DNA of 63,001 nucleotides, counting the filler, from Choristocarpus tenellus KU-1152 (Eukaryota > Protista > Phaeophyceae): assembly GCA_964200185.2 (NCBI GenBank). It is 10 parts of 10 records of this genome, joined end to end, with 100 filler letters (N's around TTAATTAATTAA, not from the genome) between each part and the next. Parts side by side here need not be neighbours in the genome. Positions count along the whole stretch, not along the records: positions 48,416 to 51,097 come from CAXNAD020025687.1; positions 51,198 to 57,039 come from CAXNAD020009622.1; positions 57,140 to 63,001 come from CAXNAD020009561.1; 7 more parts are not named here. The stretch is one strand, 5' to 3'. Under the pieces are notes generated by a model. It worked only from the letters and a program-made list of their open reading frames with translations, did no database searches and was not told where the DNA came from. Within the stretch, counting starts at the first letter, position 1. Each line of letters opens with the position of its first letter. The position numbers and the translations under genes are program-made. Shown piece after piece: positions 48,316-61,519 of this stretch.

Positions 48316-51300
48316 NNNNNNNNNNNNNNNNNNNNNNNNNNNNNNNNNNNNNNNNNNNNTTAATTAATTAANNNNNNNNNNNNNNNNNNNNNNNNNNNNN
48401 NNNNNNNNNNNNNNNCGCACCCTCCCGTTTCCACTACCATACCACCATACTACTACTGCCCGACAACAAGGGGCATTGGGTATATACTGTAGTGGTAGAA
48501 CTTACTCCTCCTCCTATTGGTATTTCTCTTATTCAAACCACAAGTTCAACCCTTGAATCTCAATTTGATCTCCCCACCCCCTCACCCTCCACCCCATAGC
48601 AATCCCATAACAAGGGAGAGTTAACCTGCCTCTCTATCTATATGCTACTCTGAGTATATATCATGACTCACCTCGCCGTACTGATCATTGCCGCTACATT
48701 CCGGGGGTTCTTGCACTACTTCTTGAGGGTAATTAAAGTTTATATATATATATATAAGGTACTTGTACCATTCCGTTCTCCTCTCAAAACACACGGCCCA
48801 TCAAAATCATTTTTCCGAGGAGAGAGATTTTTACCTTGTACGGGTTTCAATCTATCCTCTCCTTCCATAGAAGCTGGCAGAGTGGGAACTAGGTCCCAAG
48901 GAGGTTCGTGTTCCTATTTTGATAAAATATTTTGTGATCAGATAATATTATCCAGAACCTATCCTATGCCTTGCCATTATGGTCTACCCGTGATTTGTAG
49001 TGTAATTTTCTTACGTACTGCGAGTACTTTGACGAGTGATTCCTGCCTGTCTGTCACAACTAGCAGAAGACCTATTCATTACAGAACCTCATTCTGAGGA
49101 AAAGTTGGACAGGAGCACCGACCCTTTTTTTACGTTTGTTGCACTTGCGGGACCGATCTAGACGCACGGCTCTGCTTGAAGAACGTGGTGTCTCTGCAGT
49201 TGAAACTATTATTATTAGAGGTTCATATAGTTCAGAACATGATTCATTATCTGTTTTCAGTTTCACCAACATAATAACCGGCGCAGAAAGATGACCTGAC
49301 AAATTCCTTGTGATCCTTTCTCAAACTGAGCAACTTTCAACATTGAACACTTTTGAACCATCTTGTCTTTGAGAGGTCCATTTTGTAGGAACTTTGGCGT
49401 GATATTTAGACAGAATGTTCAGGGCTTTCAAATCTCCTGCCTGCAACCCATTCCCCTGCCTGAAATGCCACTGTTCTAGTTACAGGAATTTTCCCTTGCC
49501 CAATATGTGGTAGGGAAAAGGAAATGGGATAGAGTTAATATAATAGAAATCGAGCTAGATCAATTGAGACGGGCAGGTTTGGATGGACCCTTTTCCATTC
49601 TAAGCCGTGTTTCTTGCTGACGAAATACTCTCTTTCATTGCTTTGTGTGGCAATAGCATACCCAAAATCGATATTACCCCTTTCCACAGAATAGTAAAGG
49701 CTCTTTCCGCAATTGTACAAACTACTCTTTTTGCTCTATCTCAGGATCCTTAAAATGCAACCCTGCATACCACTGAGTTGGCTCGACTCAATAGTGACAT
49801 TGAACGACTGTTGTAGTACAGTGAGACTAGACCAGTAGCTCAGAACATAAACAAGCGACAAAAAAAAGAAATGAGGTTTCAAAACATAAAACAGAAAAAA
49901 GTCTGAACCAACAACATAATAAGATGTAATAGTAGATATAATCTTTGGAAATTACAGTTCTTTTTGTCACTCTCCCCCTCTTGCTTACGGTTCCGATTTA
50001 CCTCCTGTGATAGGACAGGAAGGGTATTGTTCTTGAAGTGTGGAGTAGGACACGTAGTACATGTACTTCGAGTATATGTACTTCTAGAGACCTCACAGCA
50101 GGACCACTCCGAGGTCATAAGTATACACCCACTTGTTGCATGTTGCACATATTACGATGTATGAAAGTCAACCAAGCACCAGTAACAAGACAAAATATCT
50201 GTAGCATGTACAGCACTTTGTTTTCTCCTTCAACAAATTACTTCATGTAGGTATGTATATTATCAGCTGCTTCCCCCCCAAAAAAAATAATTATATATAT
50301 ATATATATATATATAAACTGGCCTCCCTCTCTGGTTCAAGCCCAACAATGAAACTCTTATTTAAACTACCAAGAGATAAAACTTATCACAGAAGAAATGA
50401 AACGTCTAATACTTCACAAAGCTCATCCCCCCCTCCACGGGTGTAGACCAAGGAGCATCGTTATGACAAATTTTGGGCTACCACTCCTGATCCGTGTTCA
50501 TAATAGCACCTATAGTTGGTTGGGAGTGCCCTCACCAACGAACACAACTCATGCTACCTCATCTTCTACTCTCCCCAATTGCACTTCATCCTCAGTACAA
50601 GCAGAATCTTCTACACCACCCTAACCCTAACCCTACTGATTCAAGAAACAAAAGCAGTGACACAGAATGAACACTAAAACATCAGTCGCTTCAAGACAAT
50701 CACAGAACAGTAGCAGTATTCATACTAGAACATGTATCACCCGTGCGTGACATACATGGGCAAAGCAAATCTTCATATTGCACATAGTTTCATCGTCATC
50801 ACAATACCTTGTGAAGGCAGGTGTATCAGGAGTGACAATATTGAACAACAAGCTGCATCGACCAAATGATCTAACCACTTAATTTCCCAGTACAAAAGCC
50901 CTTCCACTCTCACCAACACACTCAAACAGTTCAATCATCTCTCATACCAGGCAATACTTCCATGTAAAGTATTAAAAGAAGAGAGATGACGTCACCTGCG
51001 CAAAACAACATGACTGTAACCCCCCTCCCCCCCCCCCCCCCCCCCCCCCCACCCCCCCCCACACCATCCCATTCCACCATCCCCTCATTCTCCTCTTNNN
51101 NNNNNNNNNNNNNNNNNNNNNNNNNNNNNNNNNNNNNNNNNTTAATTAATTAANNNNNNNNNNNNNNNNNNNNNNNNNNNNNNNNNNNNNNNNNNNNCCT
51201 ACAATATCCTATTTGCTTCACCGAGAAACCAGCATAGATTGAAATATTACACACAAGGTTGAAACTGTGATCTTGAGATCTCAATGGGTGTATCTATCCT

Positions 51301-51351
51301 TGATGTAGTGTTGTTCCCTAGCAACATATGGACCTGCCTTTGTATTGAGCG

Positions 51352-52093
51352 AATGACGTATCTCACAGTTCTCATTCCCCTCCATGTCTCCTTCCTCATT
51401 TGCTGTGCCTCTCCAGGCGATGGATGTTCTGCTGAGGGCGGTTATGGCCGATTCAGCTCATACATCTGAAGTGGCACCAGTGCGGACAGGGAGTGGCAAC
51501 AAACTTGTTTACCCCTCGACTAAGAGGAGGAGGACACTCCGTTGCCCCCCTCAGGAAGGTCGTGGAGTGGACTATGATATTCAGGGAATTTCAATGAAGC
51601 TGCAGAGGGTGGATCCAGTCCAGAGCCGCCCAGAGCATTCACCTATGGGAGGAAATATCCGACGCTCGCGCCGTCTTCGAAAGAAGAGTGTTGAATTTTC
51701 CCGGAATGAATCTATCGGTCGCCTTCAAGAAGACTAGGGGCAAGTCTGCTGGGGTGAGGGATGTGGCTATGGCTGTGGCTGGGGCTGGGGCTGTGGCTGG
51801 GGCTGGAGCTGCGTCTCGGCTCTGGACTGTATCAACCCTCTACCGCTTCATTGGACTATCCTATCAATGCCTTCTCCACTCCCTTTCTGCGGTGGTCAAC
51901 AGAGTATCCCTGTCCTCTTAGTTGAGGGGTAGACACGTTTGTTATCGCCCCCAATCCGTACTGGTGCCTCTTCAGATATATGAGCTGATTATTTTGTCTT
52001 AACCACCCTCAGCAGGACATCCATCGCCTGGAGGAGCACAGTAAATGAGGAAGAAGAAATGTAGGGTAACGAGAACTGTCAAGAAATGTCATT
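51352..52093. repeat. Imperfect inverted repeat, arms of about 280 bp (51352-51628 and 51817-52093)
   Basis: For example ccaggcgatggatgt(t/c)ctgctgaggg, cagctcata(c/t)atctgaag, tacccctc(g/a)actaagagga and cagtccagagccg match in reverse complement. Confidence 0.9.
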
Positions 52094-52599
52094 TTGAAAA
52101 TATTATGGAGGCATAGAAATATGAAATTGACAATACTGCTCAAGCAACAATGTGCGGGTAGCTAGTATCAAACTACAGTTGTGAACAAAGCTCCCAGTGT
52201 CATTGGTGAATTTCATGGAGCACTAAACGAAAAAGAGGATTCCCTTAGACGTTTTGAGGAGTAATTCGTTTTGAAGAGAGATATTTTTGCTTTTGACAGG
52301 ATTCCTATTTACAGCACTAGGTTATAGAAATGAGAGGTTTTCACATCCCACTGACAGGCGTTGACCAAAGCAATTCATCATGTACACACGTATATGTATA
52401 TGTAGTGCTGCCATGAATATATATATATACATACATGCACCCCCGAGGTGCTCTCTACACTGGCAATAATAGATGATGTGACAGGTTGCAAACATCTCAT
52501 GTGACATCTACCATCCCATATCATGTTCTCTTAGGATCAATGTGACCTTGAATCCTCATAATTACTGAGATATTGCATCGAAAATCAATAGTAATGCCT

Positions 52600-55500
52600 A
52601 CTTTCATGTTCATGAACACATTTTGGATTGTTCATCACGTCAATCTCAGTCACTGATCGCCTTGAAAAAATGGAGGCCAAGAGGTGATTCTACAAAACCT
52701 GCCCACACGGAGTTGACCACAAAGAGCCAAATCACCCAATATTACACCCAAACATTATCTGCAACCGGCTTCACATGGGAAGGGAGTAGAGCCCCACCAA
52801 TTCAAAGACCTCAAGAGGAGGACAAATATCTCAGGATAAGAAAGAAATGATGTCGTGTACCAAAGTCTAACCTCCAAACCCAGCTCATACCACCAGCAGA
52901 GGGTGAGCATGGAACTGCAATGGTACTGTACTGGTGATGTTTTCCGTATATTGGATAAACCCGGTGATCCACTGAACTTGCCAAAATTAAGATCAAAGTC
53001 TTGAATCAAGTGTGAAAATATTACTTTCTAACAATGACGGAACAAGTATGTGCCTCCTCCAGAGTATATCCCTCGAAATCTTCAACTCTGGCACTCAAGA
53101 TTTGACAGCGGAGAGACCTAGGCTGAGCAATAGCAAGTGAAAAATATTTTTTTGCTGGGGAGAATCGATTGCCTCATCAAAACCCCAAAGAACAGGTACA
53201 CAATGATTTTTTTTTGCTTTGAACACCCCAAGCAAGTAGTTATTGGATCATTGTGGTCTGTATACAAGGAGCCTCCTGTCAAAATATTTCAGATGCACTC
53301 CCAACAGAGCAATCCCAACAGAATAGAAGTAGAAAAAATAGAAATCCCAAACAATTGGGGCACACATACGGAAATCAAACTTGCAATCAAACTTGCAATC
53401 AAACGATGACGACACAGGGCATGCTGAACTGAACCACATGGAGAAATAATTGACTCCTCCGCTCTCACTCTCACCCTGCCACAGTGGTAATAGCACTTGG
53501 ATCATCACTCTATACCTTCCTGGCATGGCCCTCCCAGCCAATCTCTGGAGAATCTTGAACCAGGTTCTTCCACAGATCTTGCATAGACCGGTACCACACG
53601 TGCTCCCTAGTCTGCTGTCCGGTAGGGCGCTCTTTAGGATAAAAGGAACCCATCAGCTGGACCAGATTCCACAGACCTGGACACAGAGAATAGAAACACA
53701 CAAATGTTGGTGAATGTAAGGTTCAGTACCAACTAAGGAAGGTATGAGACTGGTGCGGGGGTAGAGGGGTGTTGTGGCCATGCCTCCAGACCTGTGAACA
53801 GGAGAATTACGGCAATTCATCACTTGGGAGCAAAACATACTTTGTTGACGGAGTTATTCTGGACGCAAGACAAACAGAAACCAAGTACCTCTCACATTGT
53901 GCTACAAACAAACTGCTTGCAAAAAGAACATACAATACCAATGGAAGTGCTTTTGGACTACATCTCTGTTTGGAGTAAATCTCTGCGTATCACCTTATGC
54001 CTACCTCTGTAGTGTTCTGTAAAGTTCTTGTGCGTACCTGTTATGCCCATCAATTTCCTTTGGTGCTGATATAGTACAGGGTAAGAGGGTACATTCTTCA
54101 AAATTTGGAAGAGGGACATGAACAGACCACATAGAACAAAAAATATGTTCTCAACACATGTCACTCACCCTCAGAGATCACAGAAGGGCGGTCGGGGATC
54201 CTGCTCTTGCCATAGCCATATGGAGATGACTTTACCTCTGACAGAGCGGAGGCAATGGTCCCTGCTACAGCAAACATGTCAACCTGATGAAGGTTGACCT
54301 CATGACTGATGCCACTCTGCTCCAGGCGGAACTGAGCAGCGACCTACAGGGTGGAGGGGGCAGGACAAGGGGTGGTTGATGCAAGGTGGTTATTAATATT
54401 AGATCAAGCAACTGGGGTTCTGAGAGGAACAGTGGGCGGTGCAGCCTCGAGATGGGGTACATAAATCAGTTCTGCAATCCCAAGCACTACTGCAATGCAA
54501 ATAGACAAAAGCATTATACCAGTAGTCCATCCCACAGTATAGACCAAGGGACTTTACCCAGGAATTGACAAAAACAGTGATTTACCCCTCTAGTTAATTG
54601 AGACAAGGAAAGGTACAGTTCAGGGGATGCACAAGAACTGAATGATCCAGCAGATAGAGTACACGCCTTCCATCCATGCACCTGCTAGTTGCACCCTTGG
54701 TTGAGGATATAGTGATGATTCATTAAACACAAAAGCAAAGTCTAAACTGTCTACATTTGATAGCCCAAGAGTGAGGCAACACTTCCAAGCAATAATGACC
54801 AGAGCTGAGTGCTCTAGTACACAAAGGTAGACCAAAAGACTACTTGATATCAAGACCAGAACACTTGATGAAGTGTTTGTTTAGACGGGTACTTATAGAA
54901 CATCAATAAAATATGTTCTGTCTTGGATAAACCAAGGATGGATGAAGGAGAGGAAGGGGAGTACACCAAAACCCAACTGAAAGCAATGCTGCATGTATTT
55001 GATTTCCCACACACCACAATCATAGATAATTGAGGGCTAGTCAGCCATCATCCTTTCAAGAGGAATTTTGCAAGACAAAAAAGACCCCACCCAACTCACT
55101 GAAGAGCATTTTTTGAAAAACAATGGCTAGTACGTTTATCTGGAAAAAGTCACTGGTCTGTGCAAAACAGTCAACCAAAAGCTCAATACACAGTGAAACA
55201 GTAGTATGCCCATGCCTATTCCAAGGGGGTCAGAATTATCATGTCACAGAGTACAGGGTACAACTTCAAATATCAAAATGACGCCTTCTGGGGATGGGGG
55301 GGAGGGGGGATTACTATGGTTAGTGTACATCAAGCCCTATACCGCCTACTCTGGAACAGTGGCAAGAGATTCACCAGCTACATGCAAGGGGTGCACTCAA
55401 AGGGCATCTTGGATCATTGCACAAATTTCAGTGGTTCACCTCTATGCATCAAAAACGGGTATGCTTAGGCAGATGTCTGTGCTTTGCAGTTAAGTCTTCC

Positions 55501-56800
55501 CTGCATGATGAGCTGAATCACAAGAGGGCAGGGTTCAACAGAAACAACTTCATACTTTTACAATGCAACCTTGACCTCCTGCACACCTTCAATAATTGCA
55601 GATCACTCCAGACATTGATTGTTCATATGGCAAAAAAATTGAAAATAAAAAATATTCTGGACCATAGACTAGTTGATGACCCTGGAACGGATTGTTTTGT
55701 ATCATTTTGGAACTGGGTCGGTCCACAGACCAGACCAATCACATTATCCCGGACCAGATAAGGGCCCTGAATACAATTATTTGTCCAACAATAGGTATAG
55801 AGGGGGGGGGGGGGGGGTGGCATTCATGGTTTGGGTCTACAGTCCCTGTTCACTTCAATATATGTGTTTGTTTTCTTGTCTTCCTTGCTGGCAACGGGAG
55901 TTCCTTGCTTTAGAGTGTTCAAACAATAGCTCACCACATCAGGAGTCATGTGTTCTGGGGTGGGTGATGAGAGCTGGACAGCGGACAGTTCAAACATTTC
56001 CTGGTTCAGGTTGTCCTTTTGGGGGGGGGATTGAGGAGATGGCAAAGGGAAGCAGTTCACAGGTCGTGCAACAGAGGGGGGTTGAGGGGGGAGAAACATA
56101 CGGTGGAACATGTCAAACAGATGCTTCGATGCATATGGGACAAAATTAAAATGCTATCTATGCACTTGCATACCATACCTGAGACAAGGCATTAGCACAA
56201 CCTCAGTCACAGCAAAAAACACACACACCAACTGATATCTAATTAATCAAAAATAAATCCCAATCCAACCAAGTCATGAAGGGGACTCTTGGGTACAGTT
56301 GATTGGTTTGATTATGGAATGTGTAGTCAGAAGTAGGCTCCGCTGTAGTCACTCTTAGAAGGAATCCTTGTCATTTTTGAGGATCCTTTGCCTTGAGGTT
56401 TCTACGTGAGTCAAAGAGGCCTCGTCTGTCTTGGCTCACATGCTACACTCATCCCCTGTGCCTGGCGAGTGATAATGAACAACACTCTGCTTTTTGCCTG
56501 CCACTGGACTTTATGCCAATTTCATGCTTGCACTGGAAGGCGCACACCAATATCAAGCTCTGGTTCTTGTTGGAAGGTACTATCTAGGTAATGAAGGTCT
56601 ACAAGATTATTTACAACTGTTAGCATGCATATTCATCAAATATTGAGGCATCCAGTGCACAGCAATCTTTAGACCTCAAAAGTCATACCCCATCTTGCTC
56701 TCAAGATAAACAAAACAGAGGTCTTCTAATGTACCAATATAGTAGCCATGGGTGCTTAACACAGATTTTACTGCTGGGTGGCAAGCAAGTGAAGATCCAT
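52600..56800 (-). mobile_element. Possible highly decayed non-LTR retroelement
   Basis: Only faint coding-like texture; no clean motif recovered. Confidence 0.2.
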
Positions 56801-56928
56801 CAGTTATTTATGCAGGTATTTTTACCGGGCCAGGAACTTAGCACGGCCACTGTCACCCATATGGCCGGCCATGTTGAAACGGCCAACAGTCATGGACCCA
56901 GACATGTTTGAAGTTGGATAGACGTGGC

Positions 56929-57253
56929 AACCCAAAGTATCTGGGGGGGGGGGGGGGGGGGGGGCGCCCCCAAAGTGCCCTTTTTGGCAAAACCAAAAAA
57001 AAACGACTTTTTTTTTTCCTCCAACATAGAGAAACAAAANNNNNNNNNNNNNNNNNNNNNNNNNNNNNNNNNNNNNNNNNNNNTTAATTAATTAANNNNN
57101 NNNNNNNNNNNNNNNNNNNNNNNNNNNNNNNNNNNNNNNGGGGGGGGGGGGGGGGGGGCTCTACACCAGGGTGTCCATTTGGGCCATGAACTGGGAAAGT
57201 GCACTTACATTATCCATCCAATGTATGCAACCAAATCGCACAAAAATCGCGAC
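56929..57253. mobile_element. Two partial MITE family A copies on either side of a linker
   Basis: aacccaaagtatctgggg at 56929; ggggctctacaccagggtgtccatttggg at about 57140-57253. Confidence 0.8.
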
Positions 57254-58859
57254 AGTATATACATAACATTGTAATTACCAACCTTCAAGGGAGTGTTGTA
57301 GTATAGCTGGTAATCAAAGAGTAAATAGTCTTTGGACAATTATCATACCATTTATAACAAGAGTTACTTGTACCGGGGTCTTTACGATATTGGTATTTGA
57401 CTTTTTCCCCGGGACATCAAATGTCAGAGGGAATAATAATACATATACTATTAAAGGGATCCTACTTATGATAATGAATTTGCTTTGTCCCTGACAGACC
57501 TGCAACATGTCAGAGGGCATAATATATAATACACACACCTAATATAATGTACACACCACAATATAATTATGAGCTTTTATAGGAGTGGTGTAGTATCGCT
57601 TGTTGTAGTGAAATAATATATAGATTTTGGAGAGATATCTTTCACATTTACGACAACTGTTGCTTTACAGTCGTCCTTCTGATATTGAGTTGGCTTTTTC
57701 CCTGACACATCTGCAAAATGTCAGAGGAGGGTGTAACAATATATATATACTCCATTTTTCTTGAGGAATTCTTCGCCAACCATCCCATACACCGATCGAT
57801 TCGACATGTAACAGAAGATATTTCTGAAACGTGAACCTAGGATACCACAGTATAAACTTCATCACCAGTCGCACGGTGGAAGTCAAATGTGAGGAGTCGA
57901 TTTGGGGGGTCAAGGTACCAAATCTATATTGCCAGCGTGGGTAGGCGACAGAGTCATCTATTCGCTTGGAATGAGTGGGTGGTGGGGTAGCAAATTGACC
58001 ATCCACGCCCAGCGAGCGTAAAGGTCCCCTGCGACATGTTGAACCCTGTCACAGATGAAAAAATGTTGGGGGCGCTTGCATTTATTTGCCATTTCCTAGA
58101 GGAAGAGGGGTACGAGGGACTCGTATAAAGCACCTCTAGCGCTACAGGGGGTTGGAGGCTGGTCTTGACCTGCACATGACACCAGAAGTAAGTCTAGTAG
58201 TCTCTACCCCTCTGTGTTGTTCGCCTTTAGAATTACGGATGTTAAGCCCTTCATAAAAAAGCTTGAATCCTTGCATGTATAGAGCTTTCGCACATAAGAG
58301 GATATTTTGCATCTTCGGGCATACCTTACATAAATCGATCTGCCTTTCAATTATGGTAGAGTAGCCCCCACCAACCACGTAGCAGGGACCCGTTGCCTGT
58401 TGCCTACTGCCGCACCACTAAATTGTTATCCTTGAATATATGATGAGTGATCCTGATTGTGTCATGGGTCCTGCTCCTTGGCAGTGTGCACACACAATGT
58501 GGCACGTCCAACCATCACACACATAACTCCTGAGTACTGCCAGTCTCTAATGAGAAGCAGACAAAAAAAAACAGCGACAAGGATTATTTCTCTATCCCTG
58601 ACACCTCCGATTCAATTTGTGGAAGTCCCCAACACTAGCCTCAAAATAATTGGGGTCCCATAATTTTGGTTACAACATTATGTATGTTCGGTATCCGAGA
58701 CATTTCTTTTGTTGTTTAGTCATCATTTCCTGTAGGAAGAGGGGCACGCTGGCTTGAAATGAAGGGACGTTTTTCCGTGAAAAAACAAAGGACGGACATT
58801 TTCAAATTGAAAGTTGTCCCCCTAATGTTCGACTGACGCAATAGCCTCACACAACAAAC

Positions 58860-59112
58860 GACCCATAGCGTTTAAGAAGGTAGGGCCGCGTCCGTTCAGC
58901 GTCATAAGTCCAATGTTGCGATAAGTTTAATTTTGTTTATCGCGTTTATTAGCAGGTGTCAATATCCTTGCTCCGGACACACTTTTCATAGTCAAGCATT
59001 TTAGGTAACTGTGTTCACACAAAAACCGAAAAAGGGCCTAAAAAATAGTGGGAAGTCAAGCCCCGAAGGGATAAGCAGGGCAAAACTCCTACCCTCTTAA
59101 ATGCTATGACTC
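58860..59112 (+). mobile_element. MITE family C (diverged relative of B)
   Basis: TIRs gacccatagcgtttaagaaggtagg / cctaccctcttaaatgctatgactc; TSD AAC; interior homologous to B. Confidence 0.92.
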
Positions 59113-59452
59113 AACATTCCACTCTATACTCTCTACGGAAACTAATGTGTAGAATGTATTATTTAATATTGTTTTGCTTGTCATTTGTTGTAGAAAGGGA
59201 GAAGTGTAAGTTATTGGTGTGAGATGAGTCCATTTTTTTTTTTTGTGCGGACCTTAAAAAAGGTGATGCTCAAAGCCATCATTACCCTTCTTGGACGTTT
59301 GGCAGTATATATAAAAATAATTGACCTTTCATGTCCATATATACATGACAATGTTTGGCAAACCTGCTCTGTAGTATGTAGCTTCCTTAATATGGACAAC
59401 ATGTATGTGAGGGTGAGTTGTTCCACAATTTCCGTTTGTCCAAATACAGCAT

Positions 59453-59628
59453 GCTCAAAAGTATCTGGGGGGGGGGCAGCTGTCCATTCGGGACCCATTT
59501 TTCCATGTCGCAATTTTTGAGTCAATTTGGTTGCATGCATCGGATGGATAATGTAAGTGCACTTCTCCTGTTCAGGGCCCAAATGGACACCCTTAGTGTA
59601 GACCCCCCCCCCCCAGATACTTGGGTGC
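59453..59628 (+). mobile_element. MITE family A
   Basis: gctcaaaagtatctgggg ... ccccagatacttgggt. Confidence 0.9.
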
Positions 59629-61449
59629 CCGAGTCCATTTGCTCAACAACATCGTCCACTGTCTAGAACTTGGTTTTCGTCTAGCTGCAGTGGAACAACA
59701 GTTATGAATAGTATCACAAATGGTATGAAAGGTAGTGCAGTGTGTTTAGTAGCATGCCTCTTACCATGGGATGGGATATTTCCCAGCCTAGTGATTGATT
59801 CTGAAGGTCCTTGAGTATTGTGATTGCAGAGGAATTTGTGACATCACGGTAGAGTAGGAGTGTGATCATTTAAAGGAGTAGGTGAAAATGAATGTGGAGT
59901 AGTCACAGCAAACAAGATATATCACGAGAGGACGACAGGATTTGTATTCATAGTGAAGGGGGATGTAAGTAAAGTTGTGTGGGTCACCTTAGACCAACTA
60001 TAAAACTGATGAATATCTCGGTACTGGTAATAGCACTAATAATAGTAACCATAATAATAGTGACCAATGTATGCGGTTCGGCGGGTAAGGGAGTCAATCA
60101 GAACCACTGAGAGAGTTGATGTTGGTGGAGAAGTATAAGAGGTGAACAAGGCCAGAGCCTCGAGAGCCCAGTAAGCACTTTGACTTATTGTAATCAGAGA
60201 ATCTTGGGGGTTGCTTGCAGGATGCCACATTATTGCGACTCTCCAGAACAGATGTCCCGAGAATCCTTGGAACACCTAAAAATTGTTGGTGCTCTGTGCG
60301 TCGATAACGACAAAGGATTGTGCGCGCAATAAACGTGAGTGTGCGGGTGGAAACGGTATCTCACTCATATCAGCTTCAGAAAAGGGACCTGTCCGTGACA
60401 GTATTGCAGAAGAAAATAATAACAATAGCCCTTCCTCAACCGTTCTTTCCTTTTTGTGGATTTAAAAGTCGTCATGAACCCTGTTCAGGAAGGTATGTTG
60501 CACAGCACTTAAACTGCTCTACCATTTGAAGGAAAGTAAGTGTCAAACCCTGAAGACAAATGGAGAGTGCAGATTCTGGAAGTCATTTTCATGTTGCTGG
60601 TACAACCATTGAAAGAAGGCTACTCTACCATGTCATGTGGGTATATATACAAAAAAATATTTTTCTCACAATCCATGAAATGATGTTCATCGTGATGTGG
60701 CAGAAAGGTGGGTGCTGTAGCTGGTTGCTTCTATTGGCCGAGTGGGAAGTGCAACCATGCTCCGTTAGTCTGCCTCCACTTTGGTGTTTGGTATATCATC
60801 ACTGGTACCTACCTCACCCTCTGGTTGGGGTCTTCTACACACCACCCTATTGACGTTTAGATTGACTGAGGACTATTGTAGAGGGTGACAAGATATACTG
60901 ACTGATGAATTAAAAATGTATCTAGTTGTGTCTAGATAGATAAATGTACAAATCGTAGGATCAAGAGGGTGTAGCATGTTGCAGGGAGAATCCATCCTGT
61001 CGAATCACCATGGCTAGAAGGTTATCCACTGAACGCCTATGTACTTGTTTCCACAGCATGTCCCCTACCTATCACTAACCTTCTCCTTAGGTCCAATCTC
61101 AACACAACTCCAAGTTTAGGCGTCTAAGAACCAGGTCGTATTCCTTGTTTAATTTGGCTTAAGTGCACCAAGAGCTTCAAAATTCAATATACGTGTTTGT
61201 ACTTTTTTCTGATGAATATTCAGCAAAATAAGTAGTTCAGTATATGAGCATGCTTTATTCATATTGTTGCCTGGCCTTTCTACCAGTTCTACCAACGTGA
61301 AGTATATATAGGGACTTTTTTCCAGGTGGGATCGATGAATAATTTTGGAAAATTCGCTTTCCGTGGACTTGGAAATAGGCAGTTGGTGGAGCGGTATGAC
61401 GTTACCTATAATCTCCGAACGGTACAAGCAGTTCGACATGTACCATCAT

Positions 61450-61519
61450 TACCATTTTATTATTATGCCTTCTGACTTTTGGCAGATGTGTCAGGGGGGA
61501 AACCATTGAAAACTATATG
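61450..61519 (-). mobile_element. 70-bp 5'-truncated retroposed insert with a 13-bp TSD
   Basis: catgtaccatcat at 61437-61449 and 61520-61532 flanks the stem-loop plus (TAA)n motif. Confidence 0.8.

Noticed and set aside
7343-57139. Recurrent TTAATTAATTAA palindrome as a biological motif
   Set aside because: Always centred in N runs of fixed length; it is an assembly linker.
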